Shown here: piece by piece, positions 47,607-57,016 of the stretch | Layout: each line of letters begins with the position of its first letter | Numbering within the stretch: the first letter of the stretch is position 1 | From: an uncultured Gammaproteobacteria bacterium | Lineage (GTDB): Bacteria > Patescibacteriota > Microgenomatia > Daviesbacterales > UBA10151 | Assembly: GCA_964392925.1 (NCBI GenBank) | Contig: CAYMRP010000002.1 | Location: forward strand, 72,759 to 136,758 | Direction of reading: 5' to 3' | Length of the DNA stretch: 64,000 bases | The notes under the pieces: generated by a model | What the model was told of the DNA's origin: nothing | What the model saw: only the letters and a program-made list of their open reading frames with translations | Database searches by the model: none | Program-made: the position numbers and the translations under genes

Positions 47607-48617
47607 ATGGACTTTCGAGGCCTCTCCGATCCAGTCGTAATTTTTAATAAGCCTAATAAAAAACCCGGCATTTTCCAAAAAATAAAGCCGCCAACTACTG
47701 ATTTTTTCAAGAATAAAAAAATACTCGGCGGAGCTTTAACGGTGATGCTTCTCTTCGCCGTTGGCCTGGGAGTTTTCTTAACTCAAAAACCTACCCAGCT
47801 TGCTCCAAAGGCTGATGAATCCGGAGCCGATATCTCAATTCAACCTCCAACCCAAACTGTAACATCTAGCCAGGAGTTTGAAAGCGATGTTTTTATTAAC
47901 ACCAACGACCTCTCTATATCTGCTGTCAAAGTGAAAATCGATTTTGATTCAAAGCTCGAATTGATGGACGTTACCATAGGCACATTTTTACCCACCTTTC
48001 TTATTGAACCCGTTATAACTGACTCTTCAGTCTCGTTTACGCTGGCCAGCAATCCGGCAAAAAAAGGATCTGGAATCCTAGCAAAATTAAAATTTAAGCC
48101 TGTGTCAGAAGCAAGTGGAAGTGCCCTTATTGGCTTTGATCAAACAGAAACAGAAGCTGCAGCGACAGAAAGCGGTAGCCTGAATAAGGCAGTTGGCTTC
48201 CTTGGCTCCCAAATCACTATCACAAGTGAGTTTACTCAATTCTGTAGCTCTACAGCAGATTGTCCAGCCGGCTATTATTGCCCAACTATTCCTGTGGCAT
48301 CTGGAGTTGCTGGTGACCCAATCTGTCAACTGATCTCCAGTCCAAGTCCAAGTCCAAGCGCATCAGCCTCAGCCTCTCCATCACCATCTCCTCTAGCTTC
48401 CCCAAGAAACCAAGTACCGGCTGGTTCTGACGGCGATGCTAATTCAGATGGAATCCTAGACCTCCAAGACCTATCTATACTTTTCACTCAATGGAGCCCG
48501 GCATCAGATATAACTGGATTTTTTAATCTGGATTTTAACGATGATAAACGAATAAATTCTATAGATTATTCGCTTTTCAAACAGAAGCTTGTCGAATACG
48601 CAATTCTCAGACCTTAA
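47607..48617 (+). CDS. secreted protein with cohesin-like domain, Ser/Pro/Ala linker and C-terminal dockerin-like Ca-binding repeats
   Basis: 336 aa; N-terminal TM/signal; ...SPSPSPSASASASPSPSPLASP linker; GSDGDANSDGILDLQDLSILF...LDFNDDKRINSIDYSLF. Confidence 0.55.
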   Translation: MDFRGLSDPVVIFNKPNKKPGIFQKIKPPTTDFFKNKKILGGALTVMLLFAVGLGVFLTQKPTQLAPKADESGADISIQPPTQTVTSSQEFESDVFINTNDLSISAVKVKIDFDSKLELMDVTIGTFLPTFLIEPVITDSSVSFTLASNPAKKGSGILAKLKFKPVSEASGSALIGFDQTETEAAATESGSLNKAVGFLGSQITITSEFTQFCSSTADCPAGYYCPTIPVASGVAGDPICQLISSPSPSPSASASASPSPSPLASPRNQVPAGSDGDANSDGILDLQDLSILFTQWSPASDITGFFNLDFNDDKRINSIDYSLFKQKLVEYAILRP

Positions 48618-48650
48618 ATACAAAATCTCAAAATATATAATGTATATAGG

Positions 48651-48695
48651 ATCTCCAAAATTTCCTTTGGAAATTTTAAAAGGAGGAATCGCGGA
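48651..48695. repeat. 45-nt direct repeat copy 1 (palindrome AAAATTTCCtttGGAAATTTT + AAAAGGAGGAATCGCGGA)
   Basis: identical (1 mismatch) to copy at 48766-48810. Confidence 0.85.
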
Positions 48696-48765
48696 AAGCT
48701 TCACTTTCGGTAGACAATCAAGCTCCTAAGCAAACTCCGACATTATTTTTAGAATCGCATCTCTT

Positions 48766-48810
48766 ATCTCCAAAATTTCCTTTGGAAATTTTAAAAGGAG
48801 GAATCGCGGA
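48766..48810. repeat. 45-nt direct repeat copy 2
   Basis: atctccaaaatttcctttggaaattttaaaaggaggaatcgcgga. Confidence 0.85.
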
Positions 48811-48857
48811 GAGTTTGAATTACGAAGTAATCAAACTCAAAAGCGTATTCCGACGTG

Positions 48858-48929
48858 CACGGGTGGTAGGACTTGAACCTACAACCGATGGTTTTGGAGA
48901 CCATTGCGCTACCATTGCGCCACACCCGT
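48858..48929 (-). tRNA. tRNA-Trp (anticodon CCA)
   Basis: ACGGGTGTGGCGCAATGGTAGCGCAATGGTCTCCAAAACCATCGGTTGTAGGTTCAAGTCCTACCACCCGTG; anticodon loop CUCCAAA. Confidence 0.85.
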
Positions 48930-48978
48930 ATAACTCCAAATTCTAACACAATTATACTATTCTGACCTGATCCCTATC

Positions 48979-49010
48979 TCACTTGTCACTTGTCACTTGT
49001 CACTTGTCAC
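48979..49010. repeat. tandem heptamer repeat (CACTTGT)x4 upstream of pilin gene
   Basis: tcacttgtcacttgtcacttgtcacttgtcac about 25 nt upstream of the pilin ATG. Confidence 0.9.
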
Positions 49011-49032
49011 CTAGAAATTGTATGCTTAATTT

Positions 49033-49611
49033 ATGCTGCCAAAGTACTTTAGATCTTCGTTCCGGGGTTTTACTTTAATCGAGCTTCTTGTAGCTATTTC
49101 AATTCTTGCTATAGTTGCAGCAATCGGCTTAACCACCTTCACCCAAGCTCAAAAAGTTGCCCGGGACTCAAAGCGAAAACAAGATTTACGATCGATCGCA
49201 GTAGCCCTGGAAGTCTACTATCAAAAATATAAACATTACCCCTGCGCCACCTGGTGGATTAACTCAACAAGTGGTGGCTATTGGATTACGAATACATCTA
49301 ATACTCCTGGAGAAACTGCTAACTGCGGCAACACCTCATCTGCAACCTCTGATCCTTTTAATTCGACCTTCATTACTACAATGCCTGTTGATCCTATTAA
49401 TAGCGGTGGCTACAGTTATGTTTATTGGAGCAGAGGAGACGGCTATGCTGGTCCACCTGCATGCAGCACAGTTACCGGGCAAGCTTATTACATGTACGCA
49501 AAACTAGAGAACGCAGCAGACCCCGATGCTCATTCAAAAAAACAATATAAGTTCTGCAACACAGTCTTTGGTGCAACATTTGATAACTATTTCTTTGTTA
49601 CCTCAGAATAA
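49033..49611 (+). CDS. type IV pilin / pseudopilin-like protein (prepilin N-terminal methylation motif)
   Basis: 192 aa; RGFTLIELLVAISILAIVAAIG class III signal peptide. Confidence 0.8.
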   Translation: MLPKYFRSSFRGFTLIELLVAISILAIVAAIGLTTFTQAQKVARDSKRKQDLRSIAVALEVYYQKYKHYPCATWWINSTSGGYWITNTSNTPGETANCGNTSSATSDPFNSTFITTMPVDPINSGGYSYVYWSRGDGYAGPPACSTVTGQAYYMYAKLENAADPDAHSKKQYKFCNTVFGATFDNYFFVTSE

Positions 49612-49614
49612 TCT

Positions 49615-50937
49615 ATGGACGAAATCCCCAAGGCCAAACACGATCATAAGGCTTTAAAATTCCCCGATAACTTTCTATGGGGAACAGCGACCGCAGCGCA
49701 TCAAATAGAAGGCAATAATACTAATAGTGACTGGTGGGCTTGGGAACAAAAACATCAACCTGAAGATAAAAGAAGCGGCCAAGCAGCTGACTCTTATAAC
49801 CGGTATGAGGAAGATTTTGCCTTAGCAGAGTCACTGAATCTTAACGCTCAAAGAATCTCAGTCGAATGGGCTCGGATCGAGCCTGAGAACGGCCAATTCG
49901 ATCATTCCGAAATTGAGCATTACCGCAAAGTCCTGCAGTCTCTTAAGCATAAACATTTTACAGTTATGTTAACGCTCTGGCATTTTACATTACCTAAATG
50001 GGTCGCGGATCTTGGAGGCTGGGAAAACCCTATGACAGCAGAATATTTTCAAAGATTTTTAAAAGAAATTATTCCCGCTTTTGATGAGTATGTTGATTTT
50101 TGGATCACTTTAAACGAACCAGGAGTTTATGTATTTATGGCCTATCTTCAGGGACTCTGGCCTCCTCAAAAAAAGAGTAAATGGGCTGCCGGTCTGGTTC
50201 ACTGGAATCTGACCCAAGCTCATAAAAAAGCTTATCATCTTATTCACTCACTCTCACGAAAACCTGTCGGCATTTCCCAAAACATGCAGTCATTTCATTC
50301 TAGCCATAGACATTCTTTAAGAGAACTCTTTGCAGTCTACATCAGTGATATAGTTTCTAACCATTCTTTTTATGTGCTGACGAAAGATTCTCATGATTTT
50401 ATCGGCATCAATTATTATTTTCATCATCGCTATAACACTAAAAAAAGTTTTTTGCCTCATTTGGATGAAGCTGCCGGGCAACACAGAGATGTTTCAGATT
50501 TAGGCTGGGAGGTTTTCCCTCAGGGACTATTTGATGTGCTAATGGATATTTCTAACCACAAACCTATCTATATAACCGAATGCGGAATCGCTTCCACAAA
50601 CGACGATCGCCGGACTCGATTCTTAATTCAATATCTTTCAGAAGTCTATCGGGCTGTCGAATCAGGAGTTAAGATAAAAGGATTCTTCTATTGGTCGCTG
50701 ATTGATAATTTTGAATGGCACCAGGGATTTGAGCCTAGATTCGGATTGATTGAAATGGATTACCCAACTCAAAAACGTAAAGTCCGACCCTCAGCTTATG
50801 TTTTCTCAGAGATTGCTCAGCATAACAAAATTCCTCATTCACTATTGCGCCTGCTTGGACATACAGTCAGAGTCGAAGAAGTTTTATGTTATATGCATGA
50901 CGGTCCTAAGGCTTTATGTGAGCATTTTCCAGATTAA
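49615..50937 (+). CDS. GH1-like beta-glucosidase (clan GH-A)
   Basis: 440 aa; acid/base TLNEP and nucleophile-region YITECG (ITENG-like), W-rich GH1 pattern. Confidence 0.7.
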   Translation: MDEIPKAKHDHKALKFPDNFLWGTATAAHQIEGNNTNSDWWAWEQKHQPEDKRSGQAADSYNRYEEDFALAESLNLNAQRISVEWARIEPENGQFDHSEIEHYRKVLQSLKHKHFTVMLTLWHFTLPKWVADLGGWENPMTAEYFQRFLKEIIPAFDEYVDFWITLNEPGVYVFMAYLQGLWPPQKKSKWAAGLVHWNLTQAHKKAYHLIHSLSRKPVGISQNMQSFHSSHRHSLRELFAVYISDIVSNHSFYVLTKDSHDFIGINYYFHHRYNTKKSFLPHLDEAAGQHRDVSDLGWEVFPQGLFDVLMDISNHKPIYITECGIASTNDDRRTRFLIQYLSEVYRAVESGVKIKGFFYWSLIDNFEWHQGFEPRFGLIEMDYPTQKRKVRPSAYVFSEIAQHNKIPHSLLRLLGHTVRVEEVLCYMHDGPKALCEHFPD

Positions 50938-50993
50938 CGAGCCTCTCTAGTGATACCCTAAGTACCACTGATACTCGTAATACTTCTAGAACA

Positions 50994-52829
50994 ATGAATT
51001 ATTTATTAATTGCTATTTCTGCATACTTATTAAACGCCGTCTCCGTCACTATAGATAAAATCCTCCTGGTTAAAAAACTTCCTAATCCGGCACTCTATGT
51101 TTTCTATATTTCAATATTTAGTTTATCTGCGCTACTCCTTGCCCCTTTCACAAATTTTCCTAATCAACCCGCATTTTTAATCTCCTCCGCCTCAACTATC
51201 CTTTGGACAATGGGTGCTTATTTTATGTTTAGAGCGCTCAAAAGCGGTGAGGCAGCCAGAGTTATTCCAATTATCGGAACATTAATTCCGGTTATTCTTT
51301 TGTCTATGTCTGCTATTTCTGGATCAGTAAATCTCAATGAGGTCTGGGCAGTCATAATTCTAGTGTTGGGATTGTTGTTTCTAATAATTCCCTATTTAAA
51401 AGGCAGATTCTCTCGCGAGGAATTATTGCTCGAACTTGTTTCTGCGCTACTTTTTGCTAATTCATATTTTCTTTTAAAGTCAGCCTATACTAACGCTGAT
51501 TTTCTCTCGGTTTTTGTTTATTCAAAAATAGTTCTTATTCCTATTATTTTAGTAATTCTTATTGTCCCTATTCTTAGAAAAAGTATTTTCGAACACCACA
51601 CCCATCAACCGAAAGTAAATTTATATTCAAAAACCGGGATCTTGCTCTTCGCAGGACAATTTGCCGGCGGAGCCTCTCAGATGCTTTTAACTTTCGCTAT
51701 ATCTCTTGCCAGTCCCGCAGTCATAAATTCAATCCAAGGCATCCAATATGTTTTTCTCTTTATACTAAGCTTAGCACTGGCTAAAAAATTCCCCAAAGCA
51801 TTTGGAGAAAAATTTACTAAGTTAAATATTACCGGTAAAATCATCGGGATTTTGCTGATTTTTCTGGGACTTTGGATACTCTCTTTTTCGGAAATTAAGC
51901 AAAAAGAGCCGGTCATCGGAGTTACTTTCTCTTCTCGCTATGCCCAGGAGTTAGGTTTAAACCCCGATGAAGTTTTAGATGCAACCCTAACAGAATTAAA
52001 ACCCCAAGCTGTCAGACTTCCTATTTATTGGGATGAAGTTGAATTAGAAAAAGGCAAGTATGATTTCAGTTCAACTGATAATTTTATGCAGAAATTAAAT
52101 AATGCTAATACCGATGTAGTTCTCGTTGTCGGATACAAACAACCGAGATGGCCGGAATGTTTTCAGCCCCTCTGGAGTAAAAGTGAACAGGACTCTGATT
52201 TTAACCAAAGCGTTTTAGATTTGGTCAGAGAAGAAGTCACTTATTTCAGAAAGTATCCTAATATAAAATATTGGCAAGTCGAGAATGAACCTTTTCTTGA
52301 TTTTGGAATTTGTCCTAACCCCAACTATAATCGGGTAAATAAAGAAATTGCTCTTCTTCGATCTCTTGATCCACGTCCTATTCTTCTAACAGATTCCGGA
52401 GAACTTTCCAGTTGGTATTCTGTTATGAAATTATCAGATGTTTTCGGAACGACCCTTTATCGAAATGTCTGGAATCCCTGGTTTGGCATAGTCGAATACC
52501 CTTGGCCTCCAATGTTTTACACTTTAAAAGGACAGCTCATCCAGTTTTTATCTGGAAGCACCGAAAAGCCTCTAATCATAGCCGAACTGCAAGCAGAACC
52601 TTGGCCAGCGGAAGAAAAAAGTCTTGGTCAAATTTCCATAAAAGACCAGCAAAAACTTTTCCCCAGTTCTCAGATGAAAGAAAATATTACCTACGCCAAA
52701 CAGACTGGCTTCTCAGAAGCTTATCTTTGGGGTCTAGAATGGTGGTATTTCATGAAAAAAAATTATGACTCAACTTACTGGACAATGGCCCAAAATATAC
52801 TTCGTCAAAAAGATCCCACTAGATTTTAA
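50994..52829 (+). CDS. fusion of DMT/EamA-like membrane domain with C-terminal clan GH-A glycoside hydrolase domain
   Basis: 611 aa; ~10 TM helices in first 300 aa; C-terminal TIM-barrel motifs VENEPF (acid/base) and IIAELQAEPW (nucleophile). Confidence 0.55.
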   Translation: MNYLLIAISAYLLNAVSVTIDKILLVKKLPNPALYVFYISIFSLSALLLAPFTNFPNQPAFLISSASTILWTMGAYFMFRALKSGEAARVIPIIGTLIPVILLSMSAISGSVNLNEVWAVIILVLGLLFLIIPYLKGRFSREELLLELVSALLFANSYFLLKSAYTNADFLSVFVYSKIVLIPIILVILIVPILRKSIFEHHTHQPKVNLYSKTGILLFAGQFAGGASQMLLTFAISLASPAVINSIQGIQYVFLFILSLALAKKFPKAFGEKFTKLNITGKIIGILLIFLGLWILSFSEIKQKEPVIGVTFSSRYAQELGLNPDEVLDATLTELKPQAVRLPIYWDEVELEKGKYDFSSTDNFMQKLNNANTDVVLVVGYKQPRWPECFQPLWSKSEQDSDFNQSVLDLVREEVTYFRKYPNIKYWQVENEPFLDFGICPNPNYNRVNKEIALLRSLDPRPILLTDSGELSSWYSVMKLSDVFGTTLYRNVWNPWFGIVEYPWPPMFYTLKGQLIQFLSGSTEKPLIIAELQAEPWPAEEKSLGQISIKDQQKLFPSSQMKENITYAKQTGFSEAYLWGLEWWYFMKKNYDSTYWTMAQNILRQKDPTRF

Positions 52830-52903
52830 AATAGGTCTATCATAAAATAATTTCAATTCCCCTCATTAAATGGATATGTGTAGCGTTTTAGTTAGGATTT
52901 CTA

Positions 52904-55243
52904 ATGAATATTTTAAAGACGAATAAAAAAAACTTTTGGGCTTACTTACCGTTTGTGTTCTTCGTATGGTTTTTAGTTAAGCTTGGAAGCTTAGGAATTA
53001 GTCTAGTTTCATATATATTAAATTCGTTAAAAAAGGCTCTCAACAATCTCTCTCCAATATTCTCGCGTGATTTTTATTTTGATACTCCAAAGACTAAAAC
53101 TGTAGCCCACTTGATAACTTCAACTAAAAAACCAAAGAAGAAACAGTTAGCTAAGAAAAAAATCCCTTCAAATAACATTACTTACTTTAAAACCTTTAGA
53201 AGAATTTTTTCTCTTAAAATTCGGCTAGCCAGTTTGCTTGCGATTTTAGTAATTTTCTTTATCTCATATTCATACTTTTTAGTTGAACTAACTCATGACA
53301 TGCCTTCCCCTAATAATTTAAGAACTCTTCCCACCCCCACTACCACTGAGTTTTACGACCGCAATAACAAACTACTCTATCGTTTCTATGAAGGAAAAAA
53401 TCGCACCCCGGTTAAACTATCTGAAATTCCACCTTATCTAATCCAGGCCGCTATCTCAATGGAAGATCAGCATTTTTATAATCACATTGGTATCGATTTC
53501 GCCGGAATTTTAAGAGCCGGAGTTCTATTTATCAGAGATGGCGAAGTCCAGGGCGGTTCAACTATCACCCAGCAATTAATAAAAAACACTTTACTGACAC
53601 CAGAAAGAACTCTGCAGCGAAAAACAAAAGAAATTATTTTGGCCTTTTGGACCGAAAGGATTTTTAGCAAACAGGAAATACTAGAAATGTATTTTAATGA
53701 GGTGCCCTTTGGAGGAACTGCTTGGGGAATTGCAGCCGCCAGCCAAACTTACTTTGATAAAAAAGTTTCAGATTTAACTTTAGCTGAATCAGCGTATCTA
53801 GCTGGACTACCTGCTTCTCCAACCACTTATTCCCCTTATGGAGCTAATCCTCTTCTAGCAAAAAACCGCCAAAAAGAGGTTCTCCGTAGAATGGTTGAAG
53901 ATGGAGCAATTAGTCAGCAACAGGCCAACGAAGCTTTCGCTCAGGAATTAAATATTAAACCGCCGGCCAACGAAATCTATGCTCCTCACTTTGTCATGTA
54001 TATCCGCTCTGAGCTAAGTGAAAGATATGGTGAAAGATATGTTTCTCAGGGCGGTCTTAAAGTTTATACCACTCTAGATTTAGATCTTCAAGAAAAAGCC
54101 CAAGCAATAGTAGCCGCGGAAGTAGATAAAATAAAAAACCTAAATGTCTCAAATGGGGCCGCCATGATTACTGATGCCAAGACCGGCCAAATCCTGGCTA
54201 TGGTAGGTAGTAAAAATTATTGGGAAGAAGGCAGCGGCAATTTCAATGTTGCTACTGCTTTAAGACAACCCGGCTCTTCAATAAAGCCAATTACATATGC
54301 TGCCGCTTTTAAGTCTGGATACTCACCGGGGAATATTATTCTTGACACACCAATCTCATACAAAAATTTTTGGGAGACTTATACTCCCGTAAATTATGAT
54401 GGCAAATTCCACGGCGCTGTTTCAATCCGAACCGCCCTCGGCTCTTCTTATAACATCCCTGCAGTAAAAATGCTTTCAGCTATCGGTTTACCGGAAATGC
54501 TCAAGACTTCAAAAGATCTAGGTATCACATCTCTCACAGATACTAACCGCTATGGTCTGTCACTAGCCCTAGGAGGTGGAGAAGTGAAGATGATTGATAT
54601 GATGTCGGTTTATGGAACTTTCTCGCAAATGGGCAGAAAATATCAGGTAAAGGGAATTTCTAAAATAGTAGACACTAAAGGTAAAGTAATTGAGGACAAC
54701 ACCAAAGATGCCGGACAAGTTGTCATCCAACCCGCAATAGCTTTTATGATCTCCGATATTCTTTCGGATAACAAAGCTCGGACTCCAGCTTTTGGTGCAA
54801 ATTCATTATTAAATATTCCGGGTAAAAAAGTCGCTGCTAAAACCGGAACTACCGACAATAAAAGAGATAATTGGACATTCGGTTATTCTCCTGAGTACGT
54901 AGTTGGAGTTTGGGTCGGTAATAATGACAACACTCCAATGCATCCTTCTTTAACCTCGGGCGTTACCGGAGCTGCTCCAATCTGGAATAAGATAATGCTG
55001 GAGGTTTTAAAAGACCGTCCTAATTTAGCATTTGAAAAACCAACTGAAGTAATCCCTGGATCAGTAGATGGCCAAAAAGATTTGGTTATTGCGGGCCTTC
55101 CTGCGAAATCCCTTATCCGTCAAAACCGTCAGCGAGTTAGAGATGAAGCGCTCAGTCAGGACCGTGATGTTATAACTTTCACCGATCCGCTATCTGTCTA
55201 TCAATCAGATCAATCGGGACAGCCAATAATAATTAACCCTTAA
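52904..55243 (+). CDS. class A penicillin-binding protein (PBP1A-type, transglycosylase + transpeptidase)
   Basis: 779 aa; GT51 motif EDQHFYNHIGID, RITQQ; TP motifs SSIKP, SYN, KTGTT. Confidence 0.85.
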   Translation: MNILKTNKKNFWAYLPFVFFVWFLVKLGSLGISLVSYILNSLKKALNNLSPIFSRDFYFDTPKTKTVAHLITSTKKPKKKQLAKKKIPSNNITYFKTFRRIFSLKIRLASLLAILVIFFISYSYFLVELTHDMPSPNNLRTLPTPTTTEFYDRNNKLLYRFYEGKNRTPVKLSEIPPYLIQAAISMEDQHFYNHIGIDFAGILRAGVLFIRDGEVQGGSTITQQLIKNTLLTPERTLQRKTKEIILAFWTERIFSKQEILEMYFNEVPFGGTAWGIAAASQTYFDKKVSDLTLAESAYLAGLPASPTTYSPYGANPLLAKNRQKEVLRRMVEDGAISQQQANEAFAQELNIKPPANEIYAPHFVMYIRSELSERYGERYVSQGGLKVYTTLDLDLQEKAQAIVAAEVDKIKNLNVSNGAAMITDAKTGQILAMVGSKNYWEEGSGNFNVATALRQPGSSIKPITYAAAFKSGYSPGNIILDTPISYKNFWETYTPVNYDGKFHGAVSIRTALGSSYNIPAVKMLSAIGLPEMLKTSKDLGITSLTDTNRYGLSLALGGGEVKMIDMMSVYGTFSQMGRKYQVKGISKIVDTKGKVIEDNTKDAGQVVIQPAIAFMISDILSDNKARTPAFGANSLLNIPGKKVAAKTGTTDNKRDNWTFGYSPEYVVGVWVGNNDNTPMHPSLTSGVTGAAPIWNKIMLEVLKDRPNLAFEKPTEVIPGSVDGQKDLVIAGLPAKSLIRQNRQRVRDEALSQDRDVITFTDPLSVYQSDQSGQPIIINP

Positions 55244-56164
55244 TTATCGATCAACTCTAGTAATCCAATTTAAGTATTTAGGATTTTTACCATGCACAAT
55301 ATCAGAATATAAACTAATTATTTTCTCAGTCCACTCACCTGTTTTACCATTTCCAATAACCTGATCTTCTACTTGAACTACACCCGCAATTTCCGACCCA
55401 GTTCCACAAACAAATATTTCATCAGCATTTTTTAATTCTTCCAAACTTATTTTCCTTTCTTCAACTTCCAAATCAAATTCTTTCTTGAGAATCTGCATAA
55501 TTGTATCGCGGGTAATCCCAACTAAAATATCAGCAGTCGATGGGGGAGTAAATATTCTCCCATTCTTAACAATAAAAAGATTCTCTGCAGACCCCTCCAC
55601 CACAGACCCTTCGTGATCCAAAAAAAATGCCTCATCAAATCCAAGTCCGGCACTCTCAGTTTTCGCCAGACAGGTATTAGCATAAGCCCCAGTAATTTTA
55701 CCTTTTGGTGGAATCGCTTTATTTGAAACTCTGACCCAAGATGAAATATTTGCTTTAAGGCCGCTCTTTTCGCCGTAATGCCTGCCCAAAGGAATACAAT
55801 ACATTGCAAACCCATCAGCTAATTTATCTAAATTAAAATTACCAATCGCCGGATCTGATTTATATGCCAGTGGTCTGATATAAACATCAGTCTCACTAAA
55901 ATTCTTTTTCAAAAGTTCTTTTGTAATCTCAGTTAATTCTTCAGGAGTTCCCGGCAATTTTATATGCATTATTTTCGTTGACTCAACCATTCTTTTAAAA
56001 TGATCTTCAACTCGAAATGCATAAAGACATCTCTCTTCCTCACTATAATAAGCCCGTATCCCCTCGTAATTACCCGTCCCGTAATGCAAAGCATGAGTAG
56101 TTACCGGCACCACCGCCTCTTCCTCAGAAACAAACTTACCATTAAAGAAAAAAGTCTTACTCAT
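55244..56164 (-). CDS. class IV aminotransferase (branched-chain amino acid / D-amino acid aminotransferase)
   Basis: 306 aa; EGSAENLFIVK PLP-fold IV signature. Confidence 0.75.
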   Translation of the reverse strand: MSKTFFFNGKFVSEEEAVVPVTTHALHYGTGNYEGIRAYYSEEERCLYAFRVEDHFKRMVESTKIMHIKLPGTPEELTEITKELLKKNFSETDVYIRPLAYKSDPAIGNFNLDKLADGFAMYCIPLGRHYGEKSGLKANISSWVRVSNKAIPPKGKITGAYANTCLAKTESAGLGFDEAFFLDHEGSVVEGSAENLFIVKNGRIFTPPSTADILVGITRDTIMQILKKEFDLEVEERKISLEELKNADEIFVCGTGSEIAGVVQVEDQVIGNGKTGEWTEKIISLYSDIVHGKNPKYLNWITRVDR

Positions 56165-56192
56165 AATTTGAGAAATATAATTTTATATTTAA

Positions 56193-56250
56193 ACCATTTA
56201 ACAATCAACCATTTAACAATCAACAATTTAGCAATTTAGCAATTTAGCAA
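56193..56250. repeat. tandem repeats (AACAATCAACCATTT)x2 + (CAATTTAG)x3
   Basis: aaccatttaacaatcaaccatttaacaatcaacaatttagcaatttagcaatttagcaacc; overlaps the last codons of rluB. Confidence 0.85.
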
Positions 56251-56779
56251 CCTCCTCCGAATTCAATTTCCTAAACTTACCTAATCCTAATTTCTCATCT
56301 CTTAAACTACCTATCGCTACCCTCTTTAAATCTAATAATTCTAACCCAACTTTTCCACACATTCTCCTCACCTGTCTATTCTTCCCTTCAAAAATAGTTA
56401 ATTCAAATATCTCACTGTTGCTCTCCCGCGAAATTAGTTTAACAACAGCCGGTGATGTCACACTGTCTTTTATCTCGAGTCCTTTTTCAAATTTTTTAAT
56501 AACTGGTTTCGGTAAAAATCCTCTGATTGTTAATTGATAAGTTTTGCCTAATTCATGAGAAGGGTGGGTGAGTCGATTCGAAAACTCTCCATCATTTGTA
56601 AATATTAAAAGCCCGGAGGTATTCTCGTCCAATCTCCCAACAGGAAAAACCTTCTCCGGCACTTTCACTAAATCCATCACAACCGGCCTGCTCAATTCAT
56701 CACTGGTCGTAGTTATATATCCTTTTGGTTTGTTTAATAAGTAGTAAACAAACTCTGTCTCGTCATTTATATTTTTCAT
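56228..56779 (-). CDS. pseudouridine synthase (RsuA/RluB family) with S4 domain
   Basis: 183 aa; GRLDENTSGLLIFTNDG catalytic Asp motif. Confidence 0.8.
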   Translation of the reverse strand: MKNINDETEFVYYLLNKPKGYITTTSDELSRPVVMDLVKVPEKVFPVGRLDENTSGLLIFTNDGEFSNRLTHPSHELGKTYQLTIRGFLPKPVIKKFEKGLEIKDSVTSPAVVKLISRESNSEIFELTIFEGKNRQVRRMCGKVGLELLDLKRVAIGSLRDEKLGLGKFRKLNSEEVAKLLNC

Positions 56780-56797
56780 AATAGAATGGTAAATTTA

Positions 56798-56826
56798 TTG
56801 ACTTTTTACCTTCAAGTTGATATATT
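56798..56826 (+). promoter_or_regulatory. sigma70-like promoter TTGACT-17-TATATT
   Basis: -35 56798-56803, 17-nt spacer, -10 56821-56826; drives the 30-aa ORF. Confidence 0.55.
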
Positions 56827-56863
56827 GTAACTCATAGCTTCCTGAAAAGGAGCTTTTTAAACA

Positions 56864-56956
56864 AATGAACAGAAATAATTCATCACTTCTTAGCCTTCTT
56901 AACCTCAACATTGTTGAGGTCGTACTCGTCGTGGGTACAAAAGGAGGCGCTTTTTA
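56864..56956 (+). CDS. 30-aa hydrophobic peptide (MNRNNSSLLSLLNLNIVEVVLVVGTKGGAF)
   Basis: SD aaaaggag 8 nt upstream of ATG, own promoter and terminator; below ORF-track cutoff. Confidence 0.45.
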
Positions 56957-56987
56957 AGAAATAAAAAATCTTAAAAAGAAGACACAA

Positions 56988-57012
56988 GCCTCCTTAACAG
57001 GAGGTTTTTTTT
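56988..57012 (+). terminator. rho-independent terminator (cctcc-ttaaca-ggagg + T9)
   Basis: seen directly in sequence. Confidence 0.7.
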
Positions 57013-57016
57013 TGGT

